The notes beneath the pieces are model-generated. The model made no database searches. It saw only the letters and a program-made list of their open reading frames with translations, and was not told the origin of the DNA. DNA of 64,000 nt, taken from positions 576,001-640,000 of the forward strand of contig CAWCUS010000006.1 of NCBI GenBank assembly GCA_963798845.1, written 5' to 3'. Positions 8,995 to 19,694 of this stretch are shown in pieces; the stretch's first letter is position 1; each line of letters begins with the position of its first letter. The DNA is from an uncultured Gemmatimonadales bacterium. Its GTDB lineage: Bacteria > Gemmatimonadota > Gemmatimonadetes > Longimicrobiales > RSA9. A program made the translations under genes and the position numbers.

Positions 8995-10540
8995 CGGCGG
9001 TGACGGGCTTGCGGGGCAGCATGTCGTCGCGGTTGGCGAGGTGGTAGACCAGGGCGGCCACGACCACGGCGGACTGCTCGAGGTCGTCGAGCACCAGGCG
9101 CTCGTAGGTGTCGATGTTGCTGTGGTGCGTGCGGAACGAGTACTCGATGGGGTCCTGGATGAACTGGAAGCCCGGGATCCCCGCGCGGTCGAAGGAGAGG
9201 TGGTCGGTGCCGCCGGTGTCGTCGTTGCGGACGGCCACGACGCCCAGGTCGCGGAAGGGCCAGAGCAGCTCCTCGAACACCGGCACGGCGGCGGCGTTGC
9301 CCTGGGTGTGGATGCCGCGGATGCGGCCGGTGCCGTTGTCGAAGTTGAGGTAGGCGGAGATGCGGTCGTGCAGCTCCGGGTGGTTCTCCACCCACATGCG
9401 CGACCCGATCAGCCCCTGCTCCTCCGCGCTCCACAGTCCGATGCGGACGGTGCGGCGCATGGGCAGGCCGAGCGTCTTCAGGATGCGCATGGCCTCCATC
9501 ATGACCACCGTTCCCGCGGCGTTGTCGGTGGCGCCGGTGCCGGGGTGCCAGGAGTCCAGGTGACCTCCGACCATGACGAGCTGGTCGGCCAGGTCGGTGC
9601 CCGGGATGTCGGCCAGGACGTTGTAGCCCTGGAGGTCGTCGTCGTACCACCTGTTGACGACGTTCAGCTCCAGCTGCACGGGGACGCCGCGTTCGACGTT
9701 GCGCCAGATCTGGCCGTAGTCCTCGTGGGCGAGCACGAGCTCCGGCGGGCCGACCGGGGCGTCCTTCGCGTACGCCCGCGTCCCGCCCACCAGCAGCATG
9801 CCGTAGGTCCAGCGCGACGGCTGGATGATGGCGGCGATCTTCTCGCTGGCGAACAGCTCGTCCATGGACGCGCGCAGCTCGCGGCGCTTCTGCCACTCGG
9901 CGCGCATGCGCTCGCGGCGGGCGTCGGCGTCGTCGGCGGCGGGGCCGCGCGGCGCCGGCGGGGCCAGGAGGTCGTCGAGCGAGGTGCGACGGTCGGGCGC
10001 CTGCCACTCGGGCTCGATCGGCTGGTACGGCTGGAGGAGGACGAACGCACCCTTCAGCTTGCCCCGGTACTTCGCCAGCTCCTCCGGCGACTGGATGTCC
10101 ACGAGGACTGCCGGTCCCTTCACCGTCCCGCGCGTGCTCCCGGACCAGCCCACGGGCCAGGCCTGGAGCGGCTGTGCGTACGGAGTGAGCGCGCGCATGG
10201 ACACGGACACGTTCTCCCATCCTCGCCCGAACTCGCCCCACGGCTCGATCACGACGTTGTCCATGCCCCAGCCGCGCATGGTGGCGGCGATCCAGTCGTA
10301 CGCCCGGCGGATCCCCGGCGACCCGGTCAGGCGGGGCCCGACGACGTCGGTGAGGTAGCCGGCCAGCTCCGGGATCTTCGAGTGGCTCAGCCCCTCGTCC
10401 CGGATGCGGGCGACGACGCCGAGGTCCACCTTCTCCTGGGCCACCTGCGCGGACAGGCGGGTGGACAGGCGGGCGGACAGGGGCGCGGCGCCGCAGGCCA
10501 GCACGGCCAGGGTGGCGGCGCGAAGGATCGTGCGCTTCAT
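8978..10540 (-). CDS. M28 family metallopeptidase (carboxypeptidase Q-like), secreted
   Basis: GPRLTGSPG, GGHLDSW, GATDNAAG, SAEEQGLIGS, GTDH and HHSNIDT motifs. Signal peptide from ATG 10540. Confidence 0.92.
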   Translation of the reverse strand: MKRTILRAATLAVLACGAAPLSARLSTRLSAQVAQEKVDLGVVARIRDEGLSHSKIPELAGYLTDVVGPRLTGSPGIRRAYDWIAATMRGWGMDNVVIEPWGEFGRGWENVSVSMRALTPYAQPLQAWPVGWSGSTRGTVKGPAVLVDIQSPEELAKYRGKLKGAFVLLQPYQPIEPEWQAPDRRTSLDDLLAPPAPRGPAADDADARRERMRAEWQKRRELRASMDELFASEKIAAIIQPSRWTYGMLLVGGTRAYAKDAPVGPPELVLAHEDYGQIWRNVERGVPVQLELNVVNRWYDDDLQGYNVLADIPGTDLADQLVMVGGHLDSWHPGTGATDNAAGTVVMMEAMRILKTLGLPMRRTVRIGLWSAEEQGLIGSRMWVENHPELHDRISAYLNFDNGTGRIRGIHTQGNAAAVPVFEELLWPFRDLGVVAVRNDDTGGTDHLSFDRAGIPGFQFIQDPIEYSFRTHHSNIDTYERLVLDDLEQSAVVVAALVYHLANRDDMLPRKPVTAAASAP

Positions 10541-10676
10541 GACGTTCTCCGGCAATGGAAGATGTGCGCACCGCCCGGGGGTCGGGCGGAGGGTGGGGCT
10601 CCGGAGGCTCGGGAGTAGGACGCGTGGCGGGGCGTCAGCGTTGCGGCTCGCCAGCTCCGGACCGGGTCGCGGGCGT

Positions 10677-11140
10677 TCAGTTCATCCGCCACACGGCCGC
10701 GTTCAGCACGGAAGCGAAGGAGACCCAGAGGAGGTACGGCACCATGAGCGCGCCGGCCCAGGTCGAGTGCTGGAAGAAGAGCACGGTCGTGGCCAGGATC
10801 GCGAGCCAGAGCGCGACGATGTCGAGGAGCGCGAGGCCCGGGGAGCGGAGAGCGAAGAAGAGGCCCGACCACGCCAGGTTCAGCGCCAGCTGGACGAAGA
10901 ACAGGGTGAGCGCCGCGCCCGCGCCCGCGAATCCGGCGTCCCGCCAGACGATCCACGCGGCGACGGCCATGAGGGCGTAGAGCACGGTCCACACCGGTCC
11001 GAAGACGGACGACGGCGGGTTGAAGGACGGCTTGCCGAGCGAGCCGTACCACTCTCCGAGGCCCTGCGACGTGAACCAGCCGCCCACGCCGGCCACGGCG
11101 AAGGTGAGGGCGAGAAAGCCGATCAGGGCCAGGCCGCGGC

Positions 11141-11144
<4 letters not shown>
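10677..11144 (-). CDS. tspO: TspO/MBR tryptophan-rich sensory protein
   Basis: WYGSLGKPSFNPPSSVFGPVWTVLY, LNLAWS and PYLLWVSFASVLN motifs. The GTG start overlaps the corA TGA (GTGA). Confidence 0.93.
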
Positions 11145-12367
<1,223 letters not shown>

Positions 12368-12386
12368 GGTGGGCCAAGATACGGCG

Positions 12387-13022
12387 CTACGGGTAGTTCT
12401 CCCACCCCCACTGCACGAGCGTGGCGGTGTCGTTCCCGGTCTGGCGCACCTCCACACGCACGTAGTCGCCCGCGCGGTAGTCGTCCAGGCGCGCGCGCGT
12501 GGCGGCGCTCGCGGTGCCGGGGATCGTGATGGTGACCGTGCCGCCCTGCGTCATGTTCAGCGTGAACTGCCCCTGGGCGGCGCTCACCTGGCCGATCGTG
12601 CCCTCGATCTGGATCACGTCCGGCTGCGTGGTCCCGCCGGTGTTGCCCTGCCGTTCCTGCACCGGCGTCTGCACCTGGATCGCGTCGGTATAGTAGCCCT
12701 GGTCCACCTGCTGGACGTGCATGGCCACGATGTCGCCCTGTTCCAGCGACGTGACCGGGTACTGCTGGTTCTGGTAGGTGACCTGCGTGTTCTGGTCGTA
12801 CAGCACCGCCCCCTGCTGGCCATCCTGCGTGTTGACCACGATCTGCTGCTGCGACTGCTGAACCGCCTGGATCTCGACCGTCACGGTGCCGCTCTGGGCC
12901 TGCCCGCCGCCGATCGGCGTGTTCAGGATGTCGCCGATCGCGCCGAGCGTATTGCCGCTGCACGCGGCGGCCGCGACGGTGAGGCCGAGGACGGGAACCA
13001 TCCGCGTCAACCCGTGTTTCAT
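12387..13022 (-). CDS. Hypothetical Gln-rich lipoprotein with two OB-like/DUF5666-like repeats
   Basis: Lipobox AAAAC. Two beta-rich units ending SLEQGDIV and YRAGDYVRV. AGAGAGG RBS. Confidence 0.8.
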   Translation of the reverse strand: MKHGLTRMVPVLGLTVAAAACSGNTLGAIGDILNTPIGGGQAQSGTVTVEIQAVQQSQQQIVVNTQDGQQGAVLYDQNTQVTYQNQQYPVTSLEQGDIVAMHVQQVDQGYYTDAIQVQTPVQERQGNTGGTTQPDVIQIEGTIGQVSAAQGQFTLNMTQGGTVTITIPGTASAATRARLDDYRAGDYVRVEVRQTGNDTATLVQWGWENYP

Positions 13023-13075
13023 TGCTGTCCTCTCTCGCGGTTGCCCCTGATGCTGCCAAACACTCCGCTCACAGG

Positions 13076-13091
13076 TGCAACGCCGGTGCCA
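13076..13091 (-). promoter_or_regulatory. Sigma54 (-24/-12) promoter of the lipoprotein gene
   Basis: Minus strand reads TGGCACCGGCGTTGCA, i.e. TGGCAC-N5-TTGCA with GG-N10-GC spacing, 54 nt upstream of the ATG. Confidence 0.75.
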
Positions 13092-13105
13092 GCGCGGGGG
13101 CGCTC

Positions 13106-14137
13106 GTGATCGATCCGACCGCTCGACGCCGCTGCATCTTCTGTCACGGTCCGCTCCCGCCGAACGATGCGCTGGAGCACTTCCCGCTGGGCAGCCGCGT
13201 GGCCTACGACCCCGATCGGGGGCGGCTGTGGGCGGTGTGCGGCTCGTGCGCGCGCTGGAACCTGGCCCCGATCGAGGAGCGGTGGGAGGCCCTGGAGGAG
13301 CTGGAGCGGGGGTGGCGTGACCACGGCCGCGTGCTGGCGTCCACCGACACCATCGCGCTGATCCGGATCCCGGGGCTGGACGTGGTGCGCGTGGGCGGAG
13401 CGTCGCTCCCGGAGGAGGCGTGGTGGCGCTATGGCGCCGACATGGTGCGACGGCGCTCGCGCTATCGGGCGCTACAGTGGGCCGGCCGGGCGGCCACGCT
13501 CGTCGCCTGGGGCGCCACCGGCGGCGCCTTCTATGTCTTCGGCGCCGGCAACAGCCTGAACCGGGTGGCGAGGTGGTACAGGTTCGGCTCCTCGGCGTGG
13601 CGGGGCGAGACGCGCTGCGGCACGTGCGGGAGCCCGCTCTACCACCTCACGTTCCGCCAGATCCGGCGCCTGTACCTGACGAAGGATGCCGATGGGGACC
13701 CGGCCCTCCACCTCCGCTGTTCGCGCTGCGGCTCGTCACGGACGGGCGGCGAGCACCGGATCGAAGGCGTGGAGGCCGACCACCTGCTGCGCCGGGTGGT
13801 GACCTACCACCACTTCTCGGGCGCGTCCGAGCGCCAGGTCAGCAATGCGACCGCGTACATCGACCGGCTCGGCTCCCCGGCCGCGCTGACCTCCCACCTC
13901 CTGGCCAGCGGCCTGCGCATGGACGCCCTGCTGCTGGACCGGGAGCGGCGGACGCAGGCGGTGGCCCTGGAGATCGCCCTCAACGACGAGAACGAGCGGC
14001 TCCTGCTGGGGATGGAGCTGGGCGAGCTGGAGGCCCGCTGGCGGGAGGAGGAGGAGATCGCCGCCATCGTCGACGGCGAGCTGACGCCGGTCGGCGGCCT
14101 GGAGCGGCTCCGCCAGGCGCTCAGGCCGTCAGGTTGA
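13106..14137 (+). CDS. Hypothetical protein with four CxxC motifs and a hydrophobic segment
   Basis: CIFC, CGSC, CGTC and CSRC motifs with strong GC3 codon bias. The GTG 13106 start is inferred. Confidence 0.75.
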   Translation: MIDPTARRRCIFCHGPLPPNDALEHFPLGSRVAYDPDRGRLWAVCGSCARWNLAPIEERWEALEELERGWRDHGRVLASTDTIALIRIPGLDVVRVGGASLPEEAWWRYGADMVRRRSRYRALQWAGRAATLVAWGATGGAFYVFGAGNSLNRVARWYRFGSSAWRGETRCGTCGSPLYHLTFRQIRRLYLTKDADGDPALHLRCSRCGSSRTGGEHRIEGVEADHLLRRVVTYHHFSGASERQVSNATAYIDRLGSPAALTSHLLASGLRMDALLLDRERRTQAVALEIALNDENERLLLGMELGELEARWREEEEIAAIVDGELTPVGGLERLRQALRPSG

Positions 14138-15631
14138 CGCTTCGCCGTCCGGGCCGCAGCCGCCTGGAAGCGCACCGCCGAAGTCCGGCGCTCCGGCGTG
14201 CGGCCCGCCGAGGCTCGGGCCCTGGCGCTCGCGGACCTCGCCTCCGCCCAGCTCCCGGAGCACGGCCGTGGCGTAGCAGCCCGGCGGCAGGGCGAAGCGG
14301 ATCTCGATGAAGGGTCCGAGGTCGTCATCGCCGCGCTGGAGGGCGGCGTCGCGCAGCGGGAACCGGAGCGGCCGGCGAGACCCGCCCAGCGGCGCCATGG
14401 CGCGCGACTCGAGATCGGCCGGCTGCAGGCCCGCGGCCTCCAGCACGGCGGCCTCGAAGGCTGCGGCCTCCGCGGACGGCTCCCGCATGCGACGCCCGAC
14501 CAGCGGACCGGTGGGCGAGATCTCGAACGCGTCGGCGCGAGGCTGCTCGAGGGCCGGGTCGTCGACGAGGAAGAGCGCCTCGGTGTCGTGCTTCCAGGCC
14601 AGGTCGCCGGGGAGGAGCGTGTCGAGGCAGGCCACGCGCTCCGCGAGCACGGCGTTGAAGAGCCACGACTGGTACGCCGAGGCGTAGAGGCGGAGCATCC
14701 GCTTGCCGAGAACGGCGACGGCGCGGGCCGCATCCCCGCCCGTGCGCTCCATCGCCCGGGCCAGCCGCGCGCACTGCCCGAAGCCGCGCGGCCACGCCTC
14801 CGCCGCCTCCAGCCAGCGGCCGGCGTCGTAGAGCTCGCGAGCGCGGAGGATGTCGTCGACGTCCGGGAAGACACCCGCCGCGGGGTCCAGCCCGGGGTCG
14901 CCGGGCCGGAGCGGCCGTCCCGCGACCAGCGCCGCCGCCTCTTCCCACGCACCCCTCGCCAGCGCGCGCCCCACCCGCCACGTGTCCCCGCGGCTGCCGA
15001 ACCGCTGCGGACCGTAATAGTTGGGGACGCCACGCCGCCCCAGCAGCTCGAGCAGCTCCGCCGCCACCGCCTCCGCCCCTGGCCGGCCCACCGGAAGGTG
15101 CCGCGCCCCGAGGCCTGCCGCCGCGCCTGCCGTCGGGCCTGCCGCCGGGGCTGCCGTCGGGCCTGCCGCCGGGGCTGCCGTCGGGCCTGCCGCCGGGTCT
15201 GCCGCCGGGTCTGCCGCGGAAGGACTGCGGAGCCGGATGGCGAAGCGATTCCCCGCGTGCCAGCCCCGCCGCAGCTTGCGTGGGTGGCGGACGGCGCGGA
15301 GCACGCGCAGGCGCGGGACTTCGAGGGCCAGCGCCCGCTCCGGCGCCACGTGCTCGACGCTCATCCACTGCCGCGTGATGGCGCGGGCGTCCTTCATTCC
15401 CGCGTACCCGACCGCGGACGGCTTGACGCCGAGCGCGCGCGCCAGGTCCCCGGCGGCGCGGGGCGTGGCGAGGCCGCGCTTCTCGACCTCCAGCCACACG
15501 TGGTCGCCGTGTCCGGCCGGCTCGCGCCCCGGGATCTCCTCCACGACGAAATCCTCCCACCTCGCCTTGTACACGCCGGCGAGGTGGGGAAGGGAGGCGG
15601 TGAGGAAGGGCAGGGTCGCGGGTGGGTTCAC
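14129..15631 (-). CDS. truD: tRNA pseudouridine(13) synthase TruD
   Basis: EDFVVEE, GMKDARAITRQW (catalytic Asp), GNRFAIRLR, NYYGPQRFG, SAYQSWLFN and FALPPGCYAT motifs. Confidence 0.93.
   Translation of the reverse strand: MNPPATLPFLTASLPHLAGVYKARWEDFVVEEIPGREPAGHGDHVWLEVEKRGLATPRAAGDLARALGVKPSAVGYAGMKDARAITRQWMSVEHVAPERALALEVPRLRVLRAVRHPRKLRRGWHAGNRFAIRLRSPSAADPAADPAAGPTAAPAAGPTAAPAAGPTAGAAAGLGARHLPVGRPGAEAVAAELLELLGRRGVPNYYGPQRFGSRGDTWRVGRALARGAWEEAAALVAGRPLRPGDPGLDPAAGVFPDVDDILRARELYDAGRWLEAAEAWPRGFGQCARLARAMERTGGDAARAVAVLGKRMLRLYASAYQSWLFNAVLAERVACLDTLLPGDLAWKHDTEALFLVDDPALEQPRADAFEISPTGPLVGRRMREPSAEAAAFEAAVLEAAGLQPADLESRAMAPLGGSRRPLRFPLRDAALQRGDDDLGPFIEIRFALPPGCYATAVLRELGGGEVRERQGPSLGGPHAGAPDFGGALPGGCGPDGEAST
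15113..15216. repeat. In-frame 12/24-nt repeat (PAAGPTAA)n inserted in TruD
   Basis: Repeated GCCGTCGGGCCTGCCGCCGGGGCT variants between GNRFAIRLR and NYYGPQRFG. Confidence 0.85.
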
Positions 15632-18600
15632 CCTCCGCCCAGCAGCTCGAACCCGGCGTCGTGCAGCGCGGCGCGGTACTCGGGCAGCTCGGTGGCGTAG
15701 AAGCGGTCGATCTCACCCACCAGGCCGTCGGCGCGGGCGAGCGCCCACTCGAGCTGCTGGACGCGCTGCGGCGACGGGGCGTAGGGGGTGCCCGTGGCTT
15801 CGCCCAGCGCCTGGCCCAGCTTCGCGGTGACGGTGGAGTCGACGACGATCCCCTTCGTGTCCTCGGCGAGCCGCAGCCGGTCGAGGAAGTGGTCGACGCG
15901 CTCGGCCACCTCCTTCGTGCGCCCGGTGAGCGAATCGCGTGTGGCGGCGTCCGCGCCCTGCCAGGTCTTGAGCCGCTTCCGGATCAGCGACAGCGCCTCC
16001 TTCGTCTCGTTCAGCTGCCGGATCGTGGCCCGCAGGTCCGCCAGCCGCGTCTGGCCGCGGTAGTAGACCCCGGTGCTGGCGACCATCGCCGCCACCGGCT
16101 TCTCCCGGCGCGGATCCGGCGCCACTTCCACCGTGCCGTCGGCCTCGTGATCCCCGAACGTGAGGCGCACCGCGTACGTGCCTGGGATCACTTCCGGCCC
16201 CCGGGGCTCCGGCGCCGCCGTGTCCGAGCCGGGGACGCGCACGCCCCTGCGCTCCAGCCCCCAGGCGACGCGGTTCACCCCGGCCTCCGCGGGACCCTTC
16301 ATCGTCCGGATGACCGAATCCGCCTCCAGGATCTCGATCTTCACGGGACCGTCCGACGCACCGCCGGCCTGCGCCCACGGGGGGCCTTCCTGCTCGGGCT
16401 CGCCGCCCTGCTGCGCCTCTTCGTCTGCCTCTCCCTTTCCCGCCGCCGTGTCCGACGCGGCCGCGGCGGCCGCGGTCGGGGAGACGTAGTAGGAGATCAG
16501 CGCGCCGTACGGCCGGTTCTCTCCCTGGAAGCGGGTGTCGCCCGGGAAGTAGAATGGCCCCGTCATGCCGACGGTGTGCTGGTACGCCTTCGGGATGTCG
16601 AAGAGGTGGAAGGGCTCGCTGGTGAGCTTCGCGTCTTGGGCCATGGCGCGCAGGGGCCGGACGTCGTCGATGATCCAGGCGCCGCGGCCGTGGGTGCCCA
16701 CCACCAGGTCGCCGTCGCGCGGGTGAACCACGAGCGCCCGCACGGGCACGCCGCTGGGGAAGCCGCCGTGCGTCCACTTCCGCCAGTGCTGGCCGGCGTC
16801 CAGGCTGAAGTAGAGCCCGAACTCGGTGCCGAGGAAGAGCAGGTTCGGCTCGGACGGATCCTCCGCGATGGTGTGGATGAAGCCGTCGATCCCGGCCGGC
16901 GCGAGCGGGTTCCAGCTCCGGCCGTAGTCCGTGGTGCGGTACACGTACGGGGTCCAGTCGCCGCGACGGTGGTTGTCGAACACCACGTACGCGGTGCCGG
17001 CCGCGCGCTTCGACGCCTCGACGTGCGGCACCCACGTCCCGGAGGGCACGCCCCTTATCCGGTCCACCACGTCGGCCCACGTCTTCCCGCCGTCCCGCGT
17101 GACCTGGACGTTCCCATCGTCCGTGCCGACCCAGAGCACGCCCTGCTCCACCGGCGACGGCGAGATGGTGATGATCGTGGTGAAGTTCTCGGCGCCCGTG
17201 GCGTCCGTGGTCAGGCCGCCCGACTCCGCCTGTTTCTGGTGCTCCGGGTCGTTGGTGGTGAGGTCGGGGCTGATGGTGCTCCAGTGCTCGCCGAAGTCAC
17301 GGGTCACGTGGACGAACTGGCTTCCGTAGTAGACCACGGACGGGTCGAACGGGTCCATGGCGATGGCCGCGTTCCAGTTGAAGCGGAGCCGGGTCGCGCT
17401 GTCCGGCGCGGGCGGGCGGATGCTGGCGGTCTCCCCGGTCTTGAGGTCGAAGCGCATGAGGTAGCCTTCCTGGCTCATGCTGTAGCCGAGGGTCGGGTCG
17501 TCCGGGTCCGCGAGGGCGGCGAAGCCGTCGCCGAAGCCGATGGTCCGCCAGTCCTCGTTGACGATGTTCGAGCCGGCGAACGAGGGCATGACCCACGACT
17601 GGCTCGGCGCGGTCCACGACCCGTTGTCCTGCAGCCCGCCGTAGACGTGGAACGGCACCTGGTTGTCCACGCTGATGTGGTAGAACTGCGCCAGCGGCAG
17701 GTTCTCCACGAAGCGCCACGAGCCGCCCCGGTCGTTCGAGAAGAACACGCCGCCGTCGTTGCCGGTGGCGATCCGCTTTCCGTCCGGCCAGGCCCAGAAG
17801 GCGTGGTGGTCCACGTGTACGCTGGACCACGGCGCGATCACCCTGAACGTTCGGCCGCCGTCATCGCTCCGCGACAGGTCGCCCGCGACGCGGTACACCC
17901 GGTTCTCGTTGGTCGGGTCCACGTAGATGCGGCTGTAGTAGAACGCCCGGTCGTTGACGTTGGTCTCCGTGTTCACGGCCTTCCAGCTCACGCCGCCGTC
18001 GTCCGTCCGGAGCAGCGCGCTCTTCTTCGCCTCCACCAGCGCGTACGCCACTTCCGGATCGCTCGTCGCGAACGCCAGGCCAATGCGACCGAGCTCGCCC
18101 GCCGGCAGCCCGTTCTCCTCCGTCTCCCTGCGCCAGGTCTCGCCGCCGTCCCAGCTCGCCCACAGGCCGCTTCCGCTCCCGCCGCTCTCGAAGAACCAGG
18201 GCCAGCGGCGGAACGTCCACGTCGACGCCAGCAGGTGCTCGGGGTTCGAGGGATCCATCACCAGCTCGAACGCCCCCGTCTTCTCGTCCACGTACAGCAC
18301 CTTCCGCCACGTCCTGCCGCCGTCCGTGGACTTGAACACGCCGCGCTCCGTACCATCGCTCCACGCCGGGCCGAGCGCCGTCAGCCACACCGTGCCCGGG
18401 TCGGTCGGGTGGACGACGATGGCCTCCATGTGCTCCGTCTCCGGCAGCCCCATGTACGACCACGTGCGCCCCGCGTCCGTCGACTTCCACACCCCGCGCC
18501 CCACGCCCATGCTGTTGCGCGCGTTCGCTTCCCCCGTCCCCACGTAGATCACGTCCGGGGCCGAGGGCGCGATGGCGATGGCGCCGATGGAGTTCACCGC

Positions 18601-18903
18601 CACCGAGTCCATCATGGACTTCCACGTGTAGCCGCCATCCACGGACTTCCACAGCCCGCCCGTGGCGCCGCCCACGTAGATCACCCGCTGGTCCCGGGGC
18701 GAGACCGCGATCGCGGCCACGCGCCCCGACGTCCCGGCGGGGCCGATCTCTCTCGCGTCCATGCCGTTGAACGTGCTGTCGATGGTCACGGCCCGGGGTG
18801 CGCGCTGCTGCGCGGCCAGGCCCGCCGGCAGGGCCGCGCCGGCGCCCGCCAACGCGGCGCAGGCGAGGAGGACGGTGGGGGAGAAGCGAAGGCGTCGTCG
18901 CAT
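15628..18903 (-). CDS. VPS10/sortilin-like BNR-repeat secreted protein (glycosyl hydrolase-like)
   Basis: REIGPAGTSGRV, many SxDGGxTW Asp-box repeats, GGLQDNGSW, and a C-terminal coiled coil. Signal peptide from ATG 18903. Confidence 0.9.
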   Translation of the reverse strand: MRRRLRFSPTVLLACAALAGAGAALPAGLAAQQRAPRAVTIDSTFNGMDAREIGPAGTSGRVAAIAVSPRDQRVIYVGGATGGLWKSVDGGYTWKSMMDSVAVNSIGAIAIAPSAPDVIYVGTGEANARNSMGVGRGVWKSTDAGRTWSYMGLPETEHMEAIVVHPTDPGTVWLTALGPAWSDGTERGVFKSTDGGRTWRKVLYVDEKTGAFELVMDPSNPEHLLASTWTFRRWPWFFESGGSGSGLWASWDGGETWRRETEENGLPAGELGRIGLAFATSDPEVAYALVEAKKSALLRTDDGGVSWKAVNTETNVNDRAFYYSRIYVDPTNENRVYRVAGDLSRSDDGGRTFRVIAPWSSVHVDHHAFWAWPDGKRIATGNDGGVFFSNDRGGSWRFVENLPLAQFYHISVDNQVPFHVYGGLQDNGSWTAPSQSWVMPSFAGSNIVNEDWRTIGFGDGFAALADPDDPTLGYSMSQEGYLMRFDLKTGETASIRPPAPDSATRLRFNWNAAIAMDPFDPSVVYYGSQFVHVTRDFGEHWSTISPDLTTNDPEHQKQAESGGLTTDATGAENFTTIITISPSPVEQGVLWVGTDDGNVQVTRDGGKTWADVVDRIRGVPSGTWVPHVEASKRAAGTAYVVFDNHRRGDWTPYVYRTTDYGRSWNPLAPAGIDGFIHTIAEDPSEPNLLFLGTEFGLYFSLDAGQHWRKWTHGGFPSGVPVRALVVHPRDGDLVVGTHGRGAWIIDDVRPLRAMAQDAKLTSEPFHLFDIPKAYQHTVGMTGPFYFPGDTRFQGENRPYGALISYYVSPTAAAAAASDTAAGKGEADEEAQQGGEPEQEGPPWAQAGGASDGPVKIEILEADSVIRTMKGPAEAGVNRVAWGLERRGVRVPGSDTAAPEPRGPEVIPGTYAVRLTFGDHEADGTVEVAPDPRREKPVAAMVASTGVYYRGQTRLADLRATIRQLNETKEALSLIRKRLKTWQGADAATRDSLTGRTKEVAERVDHFLDRLRLAEDTKGIVVDSTVTAKLGQALGEATGTPYAPSPQRVQQLEWALARADGLVGEIDRFYATELPEYRAALHDAGFELLGGG

Positions 18904-18977
18904 GGCTCGAAGCTCCATTGGGGCAGAGTGGAACCGGATCATACGGGGTGTCGGCCCCGGCCGGCAAACGAAGATCC

Positions 18978-19006
18978 TTGGCCGCCGGGGCGTAGATTCC
19001 TAGCTT
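18978..19006 (+). promoter_or_regulatory. Sigma70-type promoter of lemA
   Basis: TTGGCC-N17-TAGCTT. Confidence 0.55.
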
Positions 19007-19034
19007 GACGTGTCCCCATTCAAAGGAGTCGCCC

Positions 19035-19619
19035 ATGGGCAGTGTCCTCGCATCCGCGCTTCTCTTCCTCGGCGTGTTCCTGCTGGTGATCCTGATCCCG
19101 CTCGCCATCGGGGTCCTGATCTACAACCGGCTCGTCGCGCTGCGGGTCGAGACCGACACGGCCTGGTCCGACATCGACGTACAGCTGAAGCGCCGGCACG
19201 ACCTGATCCCGAACCTGGTGGAGACGGTCAAGGGATACGCCAGCCACGAGCGCGAGACGCTGGAGTCCGTGGTGGCCGCCCGCGCCCGGGCCGTGGACGC
19301 CCGGGGCGCTCCACCCGCCGAGCGAGCGGGCGCGGAGAACATGCTGACCGGCGCGCTGGGGCGCCTGTTCGCGCTAAGCGAGTCTTACCCGCAGCTGCGG
19401 GCCGCCGAGCCGTTCCAGGAGCTCCAGCGGTCGCTGAACAGCGTGGAGGAGGACCTGCAGAACGCGCGTCGCTACTACAACGCCACGGTGCGCGAGCTGA
19501 ACACCCGCGTCGCCCAGTTCCCGTCCAACATCGTGGCCGGGATGGCGGGCGTGAAGTCGCGGGAGTTCTTCGAGATCGAGGCCCCCGAGGAGCGGGAGGT
19601 CCCCGAGGTTCGCTTCTGA
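19035..19619 (+). CDS. lemA: LemA family protein
   Basis: YNRLV, WSDIDVQLKRRHDLIPNLVETVKGYASHE, ARRYYN and FPSNIVA motifs. AAGGAG RBS before ATG 19035. Confidence 0.95.
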   Translation: MGSVLASALLFLGVFLLVILIPLAIGVLIYNRLVALRVETDTAWSDIDVQLKRRHDLIPNLVETVKGYASHERETLESVVAARARAVDARGAPPAERAGAENMLTGALGRLFALSESYPQLRAAEPFQELQRSLNSVEEDLQNARRYYNATVRELNTRVAQFPSNIVAGMAGVKSREFFEIEAPEEREVPEVRF

Positions 19620-19694
19620 TGCCGCGCGGACACGGACTCGCTACGCGCCTCGCGGGCGTGCACGCGGCGGTCGCGGGCGTGCTCGCCCTGGTCC

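Noticed and set aside
8733..10571. 5' part of the 824-aa ORF 8097-10571
   Set aside because: It is an off-frame overlap with the M28 peptidase. The real lipoprotein starts at ATG 8732.
15622..19008. 1128-aa plus-strand ORF, and similar long ORFs at 3263-5941, 47626-50394, 38491-40329 and 8786-10618
   Set aside because: These are antisense shadows of well-supported genes. Stop codons are rare in very GC-rich DNA, and the translations have no recognisable motifs.
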